The translations under genes and the position numbers were made by a program. Under the pieces are notes generated by a model that searched no databases, was not told the origin of the DNA, and saw only the letters and a list, made by a program, of their open reading frames with translations. This document shows positions 37,679 to 48,066 of a DNA stretch of 64,000 nt, piece after piece (within the stretch, counting starts at the first letter, position 1; every line of letters starts with the position of its first letter). This stretch comes from an uncultured bacterium (GTDB taxonomy: Bacteria; Vulcanimicrobiota; CADAWZ01), in NCBI GenBank assembly GCA_949288455.1, contig CASEKF010000015.1, positions 18,132-82,131 on the forward strand, read 5' to 3'.

Positions 37679-39070
37679 TTAATGTTCTGAAACGCCGTCT
37701 TCCGGCTTTGAATCGTCTTCGGACTTTGAATCGTCTTTAAGTTGCAAAGTTCCGCTATAGTCGGCAAGCTCTGTTCCAACTGCCCTTTCGAGAGCGGCTA
37801 CGGCGACGTAGTAATCCATGATAGAAGAAATTCTATTAATTCTTGATTCCAGCAGAGAAACTTGAGCGTCGATAAATTCTAAATTAGAACCTACCCCTAC
37901 TCTATATCTGCTTTCGGCTAAATAAAAATTTTCCCTCGCCAATTCCAAAGCTTTTAAAGTCACCTGTATATTTTCCTTAGCCGTCTGCATCGTGATAAAG
38001 GCGGAATGTATATCCTGCCTAACGTTCTGCAAAAGTCGTTCGTTCGAAGCTTTCACCGCTTCTACTCTGGCTTTGGCTTCTTTCAGCTTATATACTCTGG
38101 CGTTTCCGTCGGCAATCGCAATCGACATAGTCAAGCCGAGTCTCCAGGAATGAGTCATCGGATAATGCTCTCCTCCCCATCCGTATCCCGCGGATCCCGA
38201 TACCGTAGGGGCGAAATCTGCCGCCGCCGCGGCGCAAGAAGCTTCGGCCGCTCTCAGCAGAGCTTCCGACTGAAGTATATCCGGTCTTTGGAGCTGAGCG
38301 GCTATTAATAAGTCTTCCAAAGAAGCCGAAATTTCAGGCAAATGCCGAATATTTCCGGTCGATAAATCAAATACCGGCTCATAAGAAACTCCCATAGCGT
38401 TGACAAGAGCCACCAACGCAAGCTGAAAAGCGTTTTTAGACTCAATCAAAGCGTATTTAGCGTTCGTAAGATTAACTTCTGCGCTCGTAACTTCAATTTT
38501 AGAACTTTGTCCCGCCGCAAAAAAAGCCTCGGCTTGCTTAAGATGTTCCGTATAAGCGTCTACCGACTCCTGATTAGCTTCGATTAGAGATTTAGCCGCG
38601 ATACATTTATAATAAGCCGACTTGACGTCATAAATTACGCTATCCTCCAGAGATTTAAGCTCGCACATGGAAGCGACATAATTTTCAAACGACGCTTTTA
38701 CCGAATTTGAAGTACGGCCGAAATCCGTTATATACTGCCTCAAAGAGAACGAATGGGAGTAATCGTAAACCGTCCCGGCCTGAAGAGACTGATTGCCCGA
38801 AGCGGTATAAGAAGACGAAAAATCAATTTGAGGATAGAAACTGGCTCTAACTTGTCCCAATTGGTAATAAGACTGCTCTATTCTAAGTCTCATTTCTTTT
38901 AAATCAGGATGATTATCTATAGCCTGAAGTATACAGGATCGAACTTCCTCGTTCATAGAGTCGTAAGCCGGCTCGACGGACGAGGTCTCTTCGGCTCTTA
39001 CCGGGGAAAAAAATAAAAATAAAAACGAAATAATAAAAAAAAACAGGGAAAATACGGTAAATTTATTCAT
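37679..39070 (-). CDS. TolC-family outer membrane efflux channel
   Basis: Signal peptide MNKFTVFSLFFFIISFLFLFFSPVRA-EE. Two-repeat helical/beta OMP architecture typical of the outer membrane efflux protein family. I prefer ATG 39070 over the TTG at 39130. Confidence 0.8.
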   Translation of the reverse strand: MNKFTVFSLFFFIISFLFLFFSPVRAEETSSVEPAYDSMNEEVRSCILQAIDNHPDLKEMRLRIEQSYYQLGQVRASFYPQIDFSSSYTASGNQSLQAGTVYDYSHSFSLRQYITDFGRTSNSVKASFENYVASMCELKSLEDSVIYDVKSAYYKCIAAKSLIEANQESVDAYTEHLKQAEAFFAAGQSSKIEVTSAEVNLTNAKYALIESKNAFQLALVALVNAMGVSYEPVFDLSTGNIRHLPEISASLEDLLIAAQLQRPDILQSEALLRAAEASCAAAAADFAPTVSGSAGYGWGGEHYPMTHSWRLGLTMSIAIADGNARVYKLKEAKARVEAVKASNERLLQNVRQDIHSAFITMQTAKENIQVTLKALELARENFYLAESRYRVGVGSNLEFIDAQVSLLESRINRISSIMDYYVAVAALERAVGTELADYSGTLQLKDDSKSEDDSKPEDGVSEH

Positions 39071-39672
39071 CAGAGTAATACTAACCACAGAATTTTTAAT
39101 CCAAAATTTTGCCGTTTTATAATCCGGCAATCCAAATTTATTAACTTAAAAAAACAGGAACCGCTATCGTCTATCATGCAGCTCCAATTTCGTATCTTTC
39201 TATGCGACTTAATTGATTTCCTCTAAATAACAATTTGTTTACTTTTCTAACAAAATTAATTCGTTATTAGTAAACAAACAAACTTAAAAGTCAAATAACC
39301 AACCCCAAAAGTATTATAGACAAAGAAACATTAAATAAAAATGAAAAACTTAATCCGCTATAGTTGCCTACGTCTATTAAATATCCACGCAAAATACTTA
39401 CGCTCATCTTCAAAGCTTGTAAGTAATCGTTTATAAAAAAATCGAAAGCGTTTTCCTTCGTAATATATACGTCAGAAATCGAGGCACACTTGCCCGTATA
39501 CTCGGAAGCCGTTTATTCAAGTTCAATCTTTACTCTTCATTACACGCAAACGGAAAACGCTGATATGAAGGCAGACAGCTAAAAAACTTGCGCGCACTTA
39601 TGCAATTTATGCGTAAAATAAGCGCGAAACAAGGCGAATTAATAAAAACTTTCTACCATAAGCAAAATAAAA

Positions 39673-40689
39673 TTAATCTCCTTCAGCCTCGTCTTTTATC
39701 ATATTCCATGAAGCATCCAGAAAAGAACAGAGGCCGATTTCCGAAGTTATTCCGAGGATTTTGCAAATAGGATCCAAAAAAGCTTTGATCTCCTCATTTC
39801 TCATTACCGCTTTAGAGGGGCGTTTACCCGTTCTTTTTATATACGCGAGAAACTCGTCGGCGACGGCGACCATACCGTCCTCATCCGCTTCGAATTCGTT
39901 TGCGGCTATAAGCTTTATTCCTCTTTCCGCAATCATATACATTCTTCTAAATACTGCGGATCCGTCGGCAGAAAGCGCAGGCACGGGAGAAACGTAAAAA
40001 CCGAACTCCAATTCGCCTCCGGGAGCTAGAGATTCTGCGCCGACATAATCCAGAACGTCTTTTGGATTTTCGGGCACAAATGAAAAATATTCTCTATTTT
40101 TAAGAGGGAGATAAAACGAACTTAAAGTTATATCGTCCCGTTCCCCATCATAAACGATCTTTATCATTTCAGGAAAACGAACCTTCTCAATACCGCTTTT
40201 TTCAATGATTCCAGAAGCTTTTAAAAAAGCCTTCGCCACAAAGGAAAAAGTCGCAATCTGTTCTTCAGTTACGGGCGCGCAAGGAGCGAATCTGCGAAGC
40301 AAACTTAAATTCGGATAAGGACGAGGGCCTCTGAAACGGAGCCCGATTCTCTTGAATTCCCGTTTCGCTTCGTCCGAAAAAGGAGAAACGTCCGAAAACA
40401 TAAGCACAACGCAATTTAACTCATAAAAAGAATCCGCCTCGCAATTTTTTTTAAAAACTACGTCCAAAAGCGAAAAAAAAGAATCTTCATCCTCCGCGAT
40501 AAACATAGCCTTACAAAATTCCGAGTCTATCAAACAGTATGCCGTTCTGCCGGAAACGGCGTCAGTTACCGCCACGCGCTTTAAAACGGAAGACTTTCTT
40601 TTCCAAAAAATCGTTTTTCTAAATAAAAGAGCCAACTTAGCCGCGTCCATTTTATCTTTAAGCGTCATTTCAGAAATGATTTCAGACAT
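39673..40689 (-). CDS. hypothetical cytoplasmic protein
   Basis: 338-aa ORF with no TM helices and no motif I can assign. Confidence 0.4.
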   Translation of the reverse strand: MSEIISEMTLKDKMDAAKLALLFRKTIFWKRKSSVLKRVAVTDAVSGRTAYCLIDSEFCKAMFIAEDEDSFFSLLDVVFKKNCEADSFYELNCVVLMFSDVSPFSDEAKREFKRIGLRFRGPRPYPNLSLLRRFAPCAPVTEEQIATFSFVAKAFLKASGIIEKSGIEKVRFPEMIKIVYDGERDDITLSSFYLPLKNREYFSFVPENPKDVLDYVGAESLAPGGELEFGFYVSPVPALSADGSAVFRRMYMIAERGIKLIAANEFEADEDGMVAVADEFLAYIKRTGKRPSKAVMRNEEIKAFLDPICKILGITSEIGLCSFLDASWNMIKDEAEGD

Positions 40690-40913
40690 ATTTATCCCGC
40701 CTTCTCTTAACTAAACGTATAAAACGCGGCGCAGCTTTCGCCGCATGCATATCCAAACGCCTTTAATATTCGATGTTTCCAATTGTCTTTTCCTTTTACG
40801 ACCAATTAAAAATAACCGCCGAAAAAAAGGAAATAGGTAAAATAAAATATAAGTAGACAAAACTACGCTAGATATTGCGACGCTCACAGTTTATCTAAAA
40901 AAACGGAGGATTC

Positions 40914-42560
40914 ATGGAAATAGAAAACATAAAAAAAGCTTTTGAAGTTTGGGACGAAAACGCGAGCCGGAGCGTAAAAAAAAGGCCTGAACGGGAACAT
41001 CTGCCGGAACAAAGGATTTATACGCCTTTAGACTCTGAAGGCTTAGACTATCTCTCCGACATAGGCTTTCCCGGCGAGTATCCGTTTACGAGAGGCGTGC
41101 AGCCCACTATGTACAGAGGCAGATTATGGACTATGCGTCAATACGCCGGATTCGCTACCAGCGAAGAATCTAACGCAAGATATAAATATCTTCTTGAACA
41201 AGGTCAAACGGGCCTTTCATGCGCCTTCGATCTTCCTACTCAAATCGGTTACGATTCCGACGATCCGATAGCGGAAGGAGAAGTCGGAAAAGTCGGAGTG
41301 GCGATAGACAGTTTGAGAGACATGGAAATTTTATTCGACGGCATAGATCTCGGCAAAGTTTCGACGTCTATGACGATCAACGCGCCGGCAGCGGTTTTAT
41401 TGGCCATGTACATAGCCGTTGCAAAAAAGCAAGGAGTTCCTTCGGAACAATTAAAAGGGACTATACAAAACGACATATTGAAAGAATACGCCGCCAGAGG
41501 CACGTATATTTTTCCTCCTAAACCCTCTATGAGGCTTATTACCGATATCTTCAGATATTGTTCAAAACGCGTTCCCCTGTGGAATACCATAAGCATATCG
41601 GGATATCACATTCGAGAAGCCGGATCCACGGCCGCTCAAGAACTGGCGTTTACTATAGCTAACGGCATAGCGTACGTTCAAGCCGCGATAGACGCGGGGC
41701 TTGACGTAGACGATTTCGCGGGCAGACTATCCTTTTTCTGGAACGCTCACAATAACGTGCTTGAAGAAGTATGCAAATTCAGAGCTTCAAGAAAAATATG
41801 GTCAAAAATTATGAAAGAACGGTTCGGAGCAAAAAAAACAAAATCTTTAGCTCTAAGATTTCATACTCAGACAGCCGGGTCAATGCTTACCGCTCAGCAG
41901 CCTGACAATAATATCGTAAGAGTGACTTTGCAGACCGTCGCGGCCGTTCTGGGAGGGACTCAATCTCTACATACCAACTCAAGGGACGAAGCTTTAGCCT
42001 TGCCTACCGAAGATTCGGTTAGAACGGCTCTGAGAACTCAGCAGATAGTCGCTTTCGAATCAGGCTTAGCCGACGTAATCGATCCTTTAGCCGGTTCCTA
42101 TTATATAGAAAGTCTAACTTCGAAACTTGAGAAAGAAGCTCTCGAATACATCGACAAAATAGATAAACTCGGCGGAGCCGTCGCGGCTATAGAAAACGGA
42201 TACGTGCAGAAAGAAATACAGGACAGCGCGTACGCTTGGCAGAAAGAGATTGAGAACGAAGAAAGAATTATAGTCGGCGTAAACAAATTTACTATAGAAG
42301 AGCCTCCCGCGGAAAACCTTCTAAGAATAGACGAATCGGCCGAAAAATCGCAAAGAGAAAAACTTAAAAAGCTTAAAGCCGAGAGAAATTCCGACGAGGT
42401 CAAAGATAGTCTTTACAATTTACGTATAAAATGCGAAAATGAAAAAGAAGAACTTATGCCGGCTATAATAAGATGCGTGGAATCATACGCGACTTTAGGA
42501 GAAATCTGCGGAGTAATGAGAGAAGTATTCGGGGAATACAGCCCTCATACCGCTTTATAA
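40914..42560 (+). CDS. methylmalonyl-CoA mutase, catalytic (large) subunit of a split enzyme
   Basis: RBS ggagga. [26 protein letters not shown] and [18 protein letters not shown]. The Tyr in RQYAGF and the Arg in AARGTY are the residues reported to distinguish methylmalonyl- from isobutyryl-CoA mutases. Confidence 0.88.
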   Translation: MEIENIKKAFEVWDENASRSVKKRPEREHLPEQRIYTPLDSEGLDYLSDIGFPGEYPFTRGVQPTMYRGRLWTMRQYAGFATSEESNARYKYLLEQGQTGLSCAFDLPTQIGYDSDDPIAEGEVGKVGVAIDSLRDMEILFDGIDLGKVSTSMTINAPAAVLLAMYIAVAKKQGVPSEQLKGTIQNDILKEYAARGTYIFPPKPSMRLITDIFRYCSKRVPLWNTISISGYHIREAGSTAAQELAFTIANGIAYVQAAIDAGLDVDDFAGRLSFFWNAHNNVLEEVCKFRASRKIWSKIMKERFGAKKTKSLALRFHTQTAGSMLTAQQPDNNIVRVTLQTVAAVLGGTQSLHTNSRDEALALPTEDSVRTALRTQQIVAFESGLADVIDPLAGSYYIESLTSKLEKEALEYIDKIDKLGGAVAAIENGYVQKEIQDSAYAWQKEIENEERIIVGVNKFTIEEPPAENLLRIDESAEKSQREKLKKLKAERNSDEVKDSLYNLRIKCENEKEELMPAIIRCVESYATLGEICGVMREVFGEYSPHTAL

Positions 42561-42572
42561 GAGGAGACAATT

Positions 42573-42971
42573 ATGAAAAAAATAAGAGTTCTCGTAGCTA
42601 AACCGGGTCTTGACGGACATGACCGAGGCGCTAAAGTGATAGCCAGAGCGATGAGGGACGCCGGTTTTGAAGTAATATACACAGGTATAAGACAGACGCC
42701 GGAGGATATCGCCGAGGCGGCTCTGGAAGAGGACGCCGACGTAATCGCGCTAAGCCTTCTTTCAGGAGCTCACAACACTCTTTTTCCAAAAGTCACGGCT
42801 CTGCTAAAAGAAAAAGGCCTTGGCGACAGGCTTGTGGTAGGAGGCGGAGTAATACCGGAAACAGATATTCCGTTTCTAAAATCGCAGGGAATAAAAGCCG
42901 TGTTTACTCCCGGCTCAAGAACCGACGATCTTATAAAATACATTGAAGACAATTGGAGCGCCAATAGATAA
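42573..42971 (+). CDS. methylmalonyl-CoA mutase B12-binding (small) subunit
   Basis: [15 protein letters not shown] contains the DxHxxG cobalamin-binding motif. 132 aa. Confidence 0.9.
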   Translation: MKKIRVLVAKPGLDGHDRGAKVIARAMRDAGFEVIYTGIRQTPEDIAEAALEEDADVIALSLLSGAHNTLFPKVTALLKEKGLGDRLVVGGGVIPETDIPFLKSQGIKAVFTPGSRTDDLIKYIEDNWSANR

Positions 42972-42972
42972 A

Positions 42973-43905
42973 ATGGAGCATAACCCTCAAAAAACGGCGG
43001 AAGAGCTGACGATTGGAAACAGGCTGGCTCTGGCTAAGGCGATTTCTTCAATAGAGAACGAAACGCAAGAAGGAGAAGAGATCCTTAGGCTGACGGAACA
43101 TCATACGGGAAAAGCGTATTTAATCGGCATAACCGGCCCTCCGGGGGTCGGTAAAAGCTCTTTAACTTCCCTTCTGGCGTCTCGTTTAAGGAAAGAAAAT
43201 AAAAAAATAGGGATAATAGCTATAGATCCTTCCAGTCCATTCAGCGGCGGAGCCGTTTTAGGCGATCGGATCAGGATGAAGCCTCATAATTCAGACGAAA
43301 ACGTATTTGTAAGAAGCATGGGTTCAAGGGGCGCGCTGGGGGGACTCGCCTTTAAAACGGCTCAGGCGTCAAGGTTAATGGACGCTTTCGGAATGGACGT
43401 CATAATTATAGAAACGGTAGGCGTAGGTCAATCGGAAATTGAAATAGCTCGAACGGCCGATCTGGTCGTCGTAGCTCTCGCCCCCGGTTTTGGAGACGGA
43501 GTACAGGCAATGAAGGCGGGTATTCTTGAAATAGCCGATATTTTCGCGGTAAATAAGAGCGATTTAGCCGGAGCGGACAAACTGGCGGCGGAACTGAGCG
43601 GAAATTACGCGGATCGTTCAAACGACACTCCGGTAATTAAAACAAATTGTCTTACGAACGAAGGATTGGAAGAACTCTTAAACGAGATTAGAAGACTAAA
43701 AAAGTCTATGCTGGAATCCGGAATCTTTATTAAGAGAAGGAACGAGAGAAAAGAACAGGAACTGAAAAATCTGATACAAAATATAATAAAAAGACGAACC
43801 GAAGCGGCCGTAAACGAATTCGGAGGCATAAAAAAACTCTTGGAAATTAACGGCGGAAACGTTTTTCAGGCGGCTGAGACAGTCGAAAAAAAGAACCGAC
43901 GATAA
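42973..43905 (+). CDS. meaB: MeaB/ArgK-type G3E GTPase (mutase chaperone)
   Basis: P-loop GITGPPGVGKSS, DPSSPFSGGAVLGDRIRM, ETVGVGQSE, NKSD. I prefer ATG 42973, immediately after the upstream stop. Confidence 0.9.
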   Translation: MEHNPQKTAEELTIGNRLALAKAISSIENETQEGEEILRLTEHHTGKAYLIGITGPPGVGKSSLTSLLASRLRKENKKIGIIAIDPSSPFSGGAVLGDRIRMKPHNSDENVFVRSMGSRGALGGLAFKTAQASRLMDAFGMDVIIIETVGVGQSEIEIARTADLVVVALAPGFGDGVQAMKAGILEIADIFAVNKSDLAGADKLAAELSGNYADRSNDTPVIKTNCLTNEGLEELLNEIRRLKKSMLESGIFIKRRNERKEQELKNLIQNIIKRRTEAAVNEFGGIKKLLEINGGNVFQAAETVEKKNRR

Positions 43906-43920
43906 TTTAAAGACGCAAGT

Positions 43921-43958
43921 GAACCGGCATTTCTCCAGAATTTGCCGGTTCCGTTTTC
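43921..43958 (+). terminator. probable rho-independent terminator after mutase operon
   Basis: gaaccggca / tgccggttc 9-bp stem, 13-nt loop, followed by cgtttt. Confidence 0.45.
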
Positions 43959-43981
43959 AGATGCTTATAAAATAACTCATT

Positions 43982-45661
43982 ATGAATTCCTTAGAAGAAT
44001 TAAAAAATCATTTTTTCGAAAAAGCTAAAGCAGAATACAGAATTTATAAACGGCATATAGAATCCGAACAAAACAAACAAGGCAAAAACGGCGATTCGAC
44101 AAACGGCTTTCCTATTTTCATAGCGATTCTCAGTTTGATAAATTTCGACGAGAAACGTATAAGCGAAATATTGAACAGCGCGGACGCTCAAACTTATAAA
44201 CCGGAACAAATAATCTCGTTTCGTTCGCAAGACGAATTTTCCGATTTTACGGAAGGAATTTCCAAAGAGAATAAAGCGAATCGTTATTTGATAATCGCCG
44301 ACGCTTCGGTAATTTTCGAGCCTTTCGCTTTTTTTGAAGCCGGGAAATATATATCCGAAAACAACAATCCCGATTTAATATATTCGGACGAAGAACTTTT
44401 CGACAAAAACGAATCCGTACTTTTACCTTATTTTAAACCGGAATTCTCTCCCGATACTCTTAGAAGCTTTAACTATATAGGAAATTTCTTTATAGTTTCG
44501 GAGGAACTTTTTAAAAATTCCTCTCTTGAAAAAAATGAATTCGACATATATGATTTAATTTTAAAAACGAGCGAAAAAGCAAAAACAATAAAGCGAATTC
44601 CAAAAATACTTTTCCGCGCAGACATAGAATTTAAAGAAATCGGGAATGCGCATTCCCGCGCCGTATTAACGCGTCATCTCTCCAGAAAAGGATTAGAATT
44701 TTCCGAGATAACTTCCAATAAAGGCATAAATAAAATAACTTACAAAATCAAAAACAATCCTCCGGTTTCCATAATAATTCCTAATAAAAACAACGCCGCT
44801 TTATTAAAAAGATGCGTCGAATCAATAACTTCGAAAACGTCTTATAACCGCTATGAAATAATCATCGTCGAAAACGGCAGTTCCGAAATCGAAACTTTCA
44901 ACTATTACGATGTTGCGTCAAAAAACGCAGTCATAAAAGTTATCAATTGGAATAAACCGTTTAATTATTCTTCGATCAATAATTTTGCCGTTTCGAACGC
45001 TCAAGGAGAGCATATCGTTCTATTAAACAACGATATAGAAATCATAACGCCTAATTGGATAGAAGAAATGTTGGCTTTCAGCCAAAGGGAAGACGTGGGA
45101 GCCGTAGGCTGCAAATTGTTATATCCCGACGGCACTATTCAGCACGCCGGACTGACTCTAGGCATTTTCAAAAACGCCGTTCACACTCATCCGCGTTTCG
45201 GCGGAGAAGCTCTCGGATATTTCGGTCGCGTTTCTGCGGTCTCAAACGTATCGGCGGTAACCGGCGCATGTCTGATGACTCCAAGAAGCGTATACGAAGA
45301 ACTGGGCGGTCTTGAAGAAAAATATACCCTCGGATACGGAGATATAGATTACTGTCTCAAAGCGCGGAAAAAATATCTTGTGATATTTACTCCGTTCGCT
45401 CAGGGCATTCATCATGAATCTCTTACCCGAGGAACCGATCAGGACGGAACAGGAAGAAAACGAGCGGAAAAAGAACTGGCCGTTTTTCATAAAAGATGGG
45501 GAGAAAATTTGAAAGATCCGTATTATAATCCGAACCTTTCTCCGACGAAAAGAGACTATTCTTTAAACGATTTCGACTCGCGCTATATATCGGCGCTGCA
45601 AAATTCCGCGCCGTATAAAATCGGCAAAAAATTCGTCAATTTAATTAAAGGCATTTTTTAA
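43982..45661 (+). CDS. family 2 glycosyltransferase (GT-A), with degenerate N-terminal GT-A-like half
   Basis: PPVSIIIPNKNNAALLKRCVESITSKTSYNRYEIIIVENGS and VLLNNDIEI (DxD-type) motifs. C-terminal SAPYKIGKKF amphipathic motif. Confidence 0.75.
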   Translation: MNSLEELKNHFFEKAKAEYRIYKRHIESEQNKQGKNGDSTNGFPIFIAILSLINFDEKRISEILNSADAQTYKPEQIISFRSQDEFSDFTEGISKENKANRYLIIADASVIFEPFAFFEAGKYISENNNPDLIYSDEELFDKNESVLLPYFKPEFSPDTLRSFNYIGNFFIVSEELFKNSSLEKNEFDIYDLILKTSEKAKTIKRIPKILFRADIEFKEIGNAHSRAVLTRHLSRKGLEFSEITSNKGINKITYKIKNNPPVSIIIPNKNNAALLKRCVESITSKTSYNRYEIIIVENGSSEIETFNYYDVASKNAVIKVINWNKPFNYSSINNFAVSNAQGEHIVLLNNDIEIITPNWIEEMLAFSQREDVGAVGCKLLYPDGTIQHAGLTLGIFKNAVHTHPRFGGEALGYFGRVSAVSNVSAVTGACLMTPRSVYEELGGLEEKYTLGYGDIDYCLKARKKYLVIFTPFAQGIHHESLTRGTDQDGTGRKRAEKELAVFHKRWGENLKDPYYNPNLSPTKRDYSLNDFDSRYISALQNSAPYKIGKKFVNLIKGIF

Positions 45662-45699
45662 GATCAAAAATTTGACAAAAAGAAAGACCGAGTAATATA

Positions 45700-47001
45700 A
45701 TGGACGAACAAATTAGAATATCGATCTTAATTTTCAAGAGATGGCTGCAAAAACTGCCATGTTACGTAGGCTTAAAGCTTCCCAAACATTATATGGAACA
45801 AAAAGCCATGTATGATTTTGAAATCGACCGTATATCCGCCGAAAAAAAACAGACGAAAAAAAGCGATTTTGAAAAATGCGATATTCCCCTTACCATTCGT
45901 TTAAACGAGCTTAAAGAGTTAATACAATCAACAAAGAAGACGGCGGCGATAATATATCCTTTTTTCGATATAAACTCTACTTTCAGATATAGGGTTTACA
46001 ACATATGTCAAATTTTAAAAAAAAGCGAAAAATACGGAGCGGTATATTTTTTCCCATACGAGCTTAAAGAAGCCGCTAAATTTATAAACGGCATAGACGC
46101 TGCGATAATATGCAGAACCGAATATTCCAAAGATATGGAAAAAGCCGTAAGATTTATTAAAAGACATAAGAAAACAATTCTTTTCGATATCGACGATCTT
46201 TTATTCAGCCCCGATTACTTTAAATATCTGTTGGATAAAATCGGAAATTCTCAAAATATTGAAAATAATCTCGAACCGGCGTTAGCTGCTACCGGCAAAT
46301 ATTACCTTATGGCAAAATTATGCGACGGCTTCATATCTACGAACGAATTTTTAGGAAAACTTCTCCTTAAAAAATTTGGCAAACCTTTCAAATCGATACC
46401 CAATTTTCTGAACGAAGAGCAGAAATCGGTCAAAGACGCGGAAAAATACGGTGATTTTACGTTGGGTTATTTCAGCGGAACAAATACCCACAACAAAGAT
46501 TTTCTGGAAGCCTGGAGCGGCATAAAACGTTTATTGACCGAGTATGAAGACATACGTCTAAAAATAACGGGCAGATTGACTCTTCCCGAAGACGCCAGAG
46601 TTTTTATGAAGTCTAAAAGAATAACTCAAAGTCCTCCAGTCGATTTTATAACGCTTCAAACGCTATACGGCAAAGTCCATGTAAACGTCGTTCCTTTAAC
46701 GCCCGGTCTTTTTAACGACTGCAAATCGGAACTTAAATTTTTTGAATCGGCGCTTATGGGCACCATTACTTGCGCGTCTCCGGCATATTCCTTCAGAAAA
46801 GCTATTAAACATGGCGAAAACGGTTTTTTGGCTAAACGAAGCGAATGGTTTGAAACTTTAAAATATATTTACGAAAATTATAAAAACTTACGTTCGATTG
46901 AAGAGAATGCGAAAAAATATGCGGTCGATAATTACTCCGGAAAAAAAATCATACAAAAAATAGAAGACTGTTTCGATTTTTTTCTTGGAAAGGACGGATA
47001 A
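45700..47001 (+). CDS. GT-B fold glycosyltransferase (GT1/GT4-like)
   Basis: C-terminal KFFESALMGTITCASPAYSFRKAIKHGENGFL resembles the GT-B nucleotide-sugar binding E-x7-E region. Confidence 0.55.
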   Translation: MDEQIRISILIFKRWLQKLPCYVGLKLPKHYMEQKAMYDFEIDRISAEKKQTKKSDFEKCDIPLTIRLNELKELIQSTKKTAAIIYPFFDINSTFRYRVYNICQILKKSEKYGAVYFFPYELKEAAKFINGIDAAIICRTEYSKDMEKAVRFIKRHKKTILFDIDDLLFSPDYFKYLLDKIGNSQNIENNLEPALAATGKYYLMAKLCDGFISTNEFLGKLLLKKFGKPFKSIPNFLNEEQKSVKDAEKYGDFTLGYFSGTNTHNKDFLEAWSGIKRLLTEYEDIRLKITGRLTLPEDARVFMKSKRITQSPPVDFITLQTLYGKVHVNVVPLTPGLFNDCKSELKFFESALMGTITCASPAYSFRKAIKHGENGFLAKRSEWFETLKYIYENYKNLRSIEENAKKYAVDNYSGKKIIQKIEDCFDFFLGKDG

Positions 47002-47004
47002 ACA

Positions 47005-48063
47005 TTGCGAAACGATAAGTTGGGAATAGCTTATAATATATTCGACGGAGAGGAAATTCTTCCGTTTTCAATAAGCGCTATAAGAAAAGAAGCGGATTAC
47101 ATAGCCGTCGTATATCAAAAAATAAGCAACGCGGGCGAAAAGGCCGCTCCTGACCTGGAAGATAAATTAAACGAATTAAAAAGGCTGAAACTCGCGGACG
47201 AACTATATCTATACGAGCCCGACTTAACGAAAGATCTCCATTTCAACGAAAAAAAGAAAAGGGATATCGGACTTCATTTAGTAAAAAAAGCCGGGTGCTC
47301 TTACTTTTTAAGCATGGACTGCGACGAATTCTACGAATCGGAAGAATTTGCGAGAGCAAAAAAATTTATAGCGGACAATGAAATAAAATCTTCCGCAGTA
47401 TCTATTTTAGAATATCTTAAAAAGCCCGAATACTTAATTTTAAACGGCTATACCTTCAATCACGGGTATGGAAACAGATACGCTTTTTACGTTCCTTTTA
47501 TAATGGACATAACAAACGAGGACTTAAACGGAAAAAAGACGCTTCATGGAGAGTCGTTCTTTCCGGTTCTTACGGATCCGACCAGAACGCTTAACGGCGC
47601 TCTTAAATTTTATCTTTTTCCAAAACATGAAATAGTTATGCGCCACATGTCAAGCGTAAGAGACAACTTAGAAATCAAATACAAAAACTCTTCTCTTAAT
47701 CAAAGACAAGACGAAGAGACTAAACTATTGATAGACGAGATAAAAAAGGATATTATCGACTTCAATTTTGAAAAAAATAAAATTTCAAATTCTCTTGCGA
47801 TATTCAGAGGATTGATAATAGAAAAGACAGACAATATCTTCAATATAAAATTACAAGGAGAGACAGAGGACACAAACTACGAGTCCGGCGAAGAAAACGC
47901 GTCCGATTTGAAATACCGGCTGCAGAGCTTAAAAGATAAATTGCTGACGGCGCAAACGGAATTAAAAACGATAAAAGAAAGCAAATCGTATAAATTGGCA
48001 AGCGCTTTAGCTTCCCTTGCGGCATATCCGAAGAATTTGTTACTCAAGCTTAAAAGGAGATAG
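47005..48063 (+). CDS. putative GT-A-like glycosyltransferase with C-terminal coiled coil
   Basis: TTG start. LSMDCDEFY is a DxD-like motif. C-terminal coiled segment and SKSYKLASALASL amphipathic motif. Assigned mostly from context. Confidence 0.4.
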   Translation: MRNDKLGIAYNIFDGEEILPFSISAIRKEADYIAVVYQKISNAGEKAAPDLEDKLNELKRLKLADELYLYEPDLTKDLHFNEKKKRDIGLHLVKKAGCSYFLSMDCDEFYESEEFARAKKFIADNEIKSSAVSILEYLKKPEYLILNGYTFNHGYGNRYAFYVPFIMDITNEDLNGKKTLHGESFFPVLTDPTRTLNGALKFYLFPKHEIVMRHMSSVRDNLEIKYKNSSLNQRQDEETKLLIDEIKKDIIDFNFEKNKISNSLAIFRGLIIEKTDNIFNIKLQGETEDTNYESGEENASDLKYRLQSLKDKLLTAQTELKTIKESKSYKLASALASLAAYPKNLLLKLKRR

Positions 48064-48066
48064 AGA

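Noticed and set aside
39236-39276. Inverted repeat tgtttact-N25-agtaaaca upstream of the TolC operon as a candidate operator
   Set aside because: The arms are only 8 bp, in a 540-bp AT-rich region where such matches are expected by chance. No TetR/MarR-type regulator is adjacent. The spacing is atypical for a dimer operator.
40690-40913. Possible cobalamin riboswitch in the mutase leader
   Set aside because: I could not find the conserved B12-box-like core or an extended GC-rich multi-stem structure by eye, only a 6-bp hairpin (gcggcg/cgccgc). It needs a covariance-model scan, so I do not claim it.
42943-42972. Track start of the MeaB ORF 30 nt upstream, overlapping the B12-binding subunit gene
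   Set aside because: ATG 42973 immediately follows the upstream stop. It removes the 29-nt overlap and still precedes all conserved MeaB sequence.
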